From a virus: a stretch of DNA of 44,525 nucleotides. Under the pieces are notes generated by a model. It saw only the letters and a program-made list of their open reading frames with translations, did not search any database and was not told the origin of the DNA. The position numbers and the translations under genes were made by a program. The stretch is taken from IMG/VR virus record IMGVR_UViG_3300048074_000119; one strand, 5' to 3'. Below, one piece after another: positions 44,097 to 44,525 of this stretch (positions are counted from its first letter, which is position 1; every line of letters starts with the position of its first letter).

Positions 44097-44171
44097 GGTC
44101 CCGTCGGCTAAGGGTTAGGCCGCCGCTCTCTCACAGCGGAAATGGGGGTTCGACTCCCCTCGGGATCACCA
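44097..44171 (+). tRNA. tRNA-Glu(CTC)
   Basis: Loop CTCTCAC; CCA. Confidence 0.9.
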
Positions 44172-44386
44172 GCTCCTGCTCCGGTGCAAGAGGCACCTAC
44201 CAGGAACCGTTCGGCCGAGCGGTTCTTGGACCAGGTCCCGAGCAGGCATGGTCTGAACATGAGGCGGCGATGGCCGTTTCCGTGGACAGCATGGCACCAT
44301 TTGCCCCCACCGGTGGATCCGGCGCCGACACTACGAATGTTGGTTGCGGTCGTTCAATTCGACCTGGGGGTGCTACGATGCCGGGG

Positions 44387-44525
44387 ATGGCCACCATGCC
44401 CGCCACCCCCGCTGCCCCCTCTGCTGCTCTCGCCAAGAAGCCGATCCCGTGGGGGACCATCGCCCTCGTGGGTGGGTTCGCCGTCGGTGGCATCGTGCTC
44501 TACCGGGCCTACAAGAAGAAGCAGG
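44387..44525 (+). CDS. Membrane protein (truncated by the window end)
   Basis: MATMPATPAAP...WGTIALVGGFAVGGIVLYRAYKKK; TACGAT -10-like box upstream. Confidence 0.5.
   Translation, partial: MATMPATPAAPSAALAKKPIPWGTIALVGGFAVGGIVLYRAYKKKQ

Overview
High-GC (~70%) window that reads like part of a large phage genome, or a phage-like element; no capsid, terminase or integrase gene is visible. A cysteine-rich lipoprotein of myxobacterial style hints at the host, but this is weak. Bases 1-35500 carry about 60 tightly packed minus-strand genes, mostly small hypotheticals. Recognisable ones are a DEDDh 3'-5' exoribonuclease, an N6-MTase/SF2 helicase fusion, a ParB-like protein, a C5 cytosine methyltransferase with five internal repeats, an Rmf-like protein and a ComM/YifB homologue with destroyed Walker motifs. 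From about 29.0 to 35.6 kb, genes or short gene groups are separated by nine copies of a covarying double-hairpin + CGC(A/T)GAAAGG leader, forming a cassette-like array. One copy encloses a ~205-nt structured insert and one copy is empty. A ~1-kb non-coding divergence zone with AAAGCAGAG repeats follows. Plus-strand genes then encode a lytic transglycosylase-like protein, membrane proteins, a thaumatin-like lipoprotein and a CX5R phosphatase, followed by a 25-tRNA array. Most striking, the tRNA array lies behind a promoter, a 49-codon leader ORF using all 20 amino acids (32 different codons), an antiterminator and an intrinsic terminator, and it has an internal boxB/boxA-like signal. This is a candidate 'pan-codon' translation-sensing attenuator that switches on phage tRNAs when decoding fails. 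All calls are by eye; no database searches were run.
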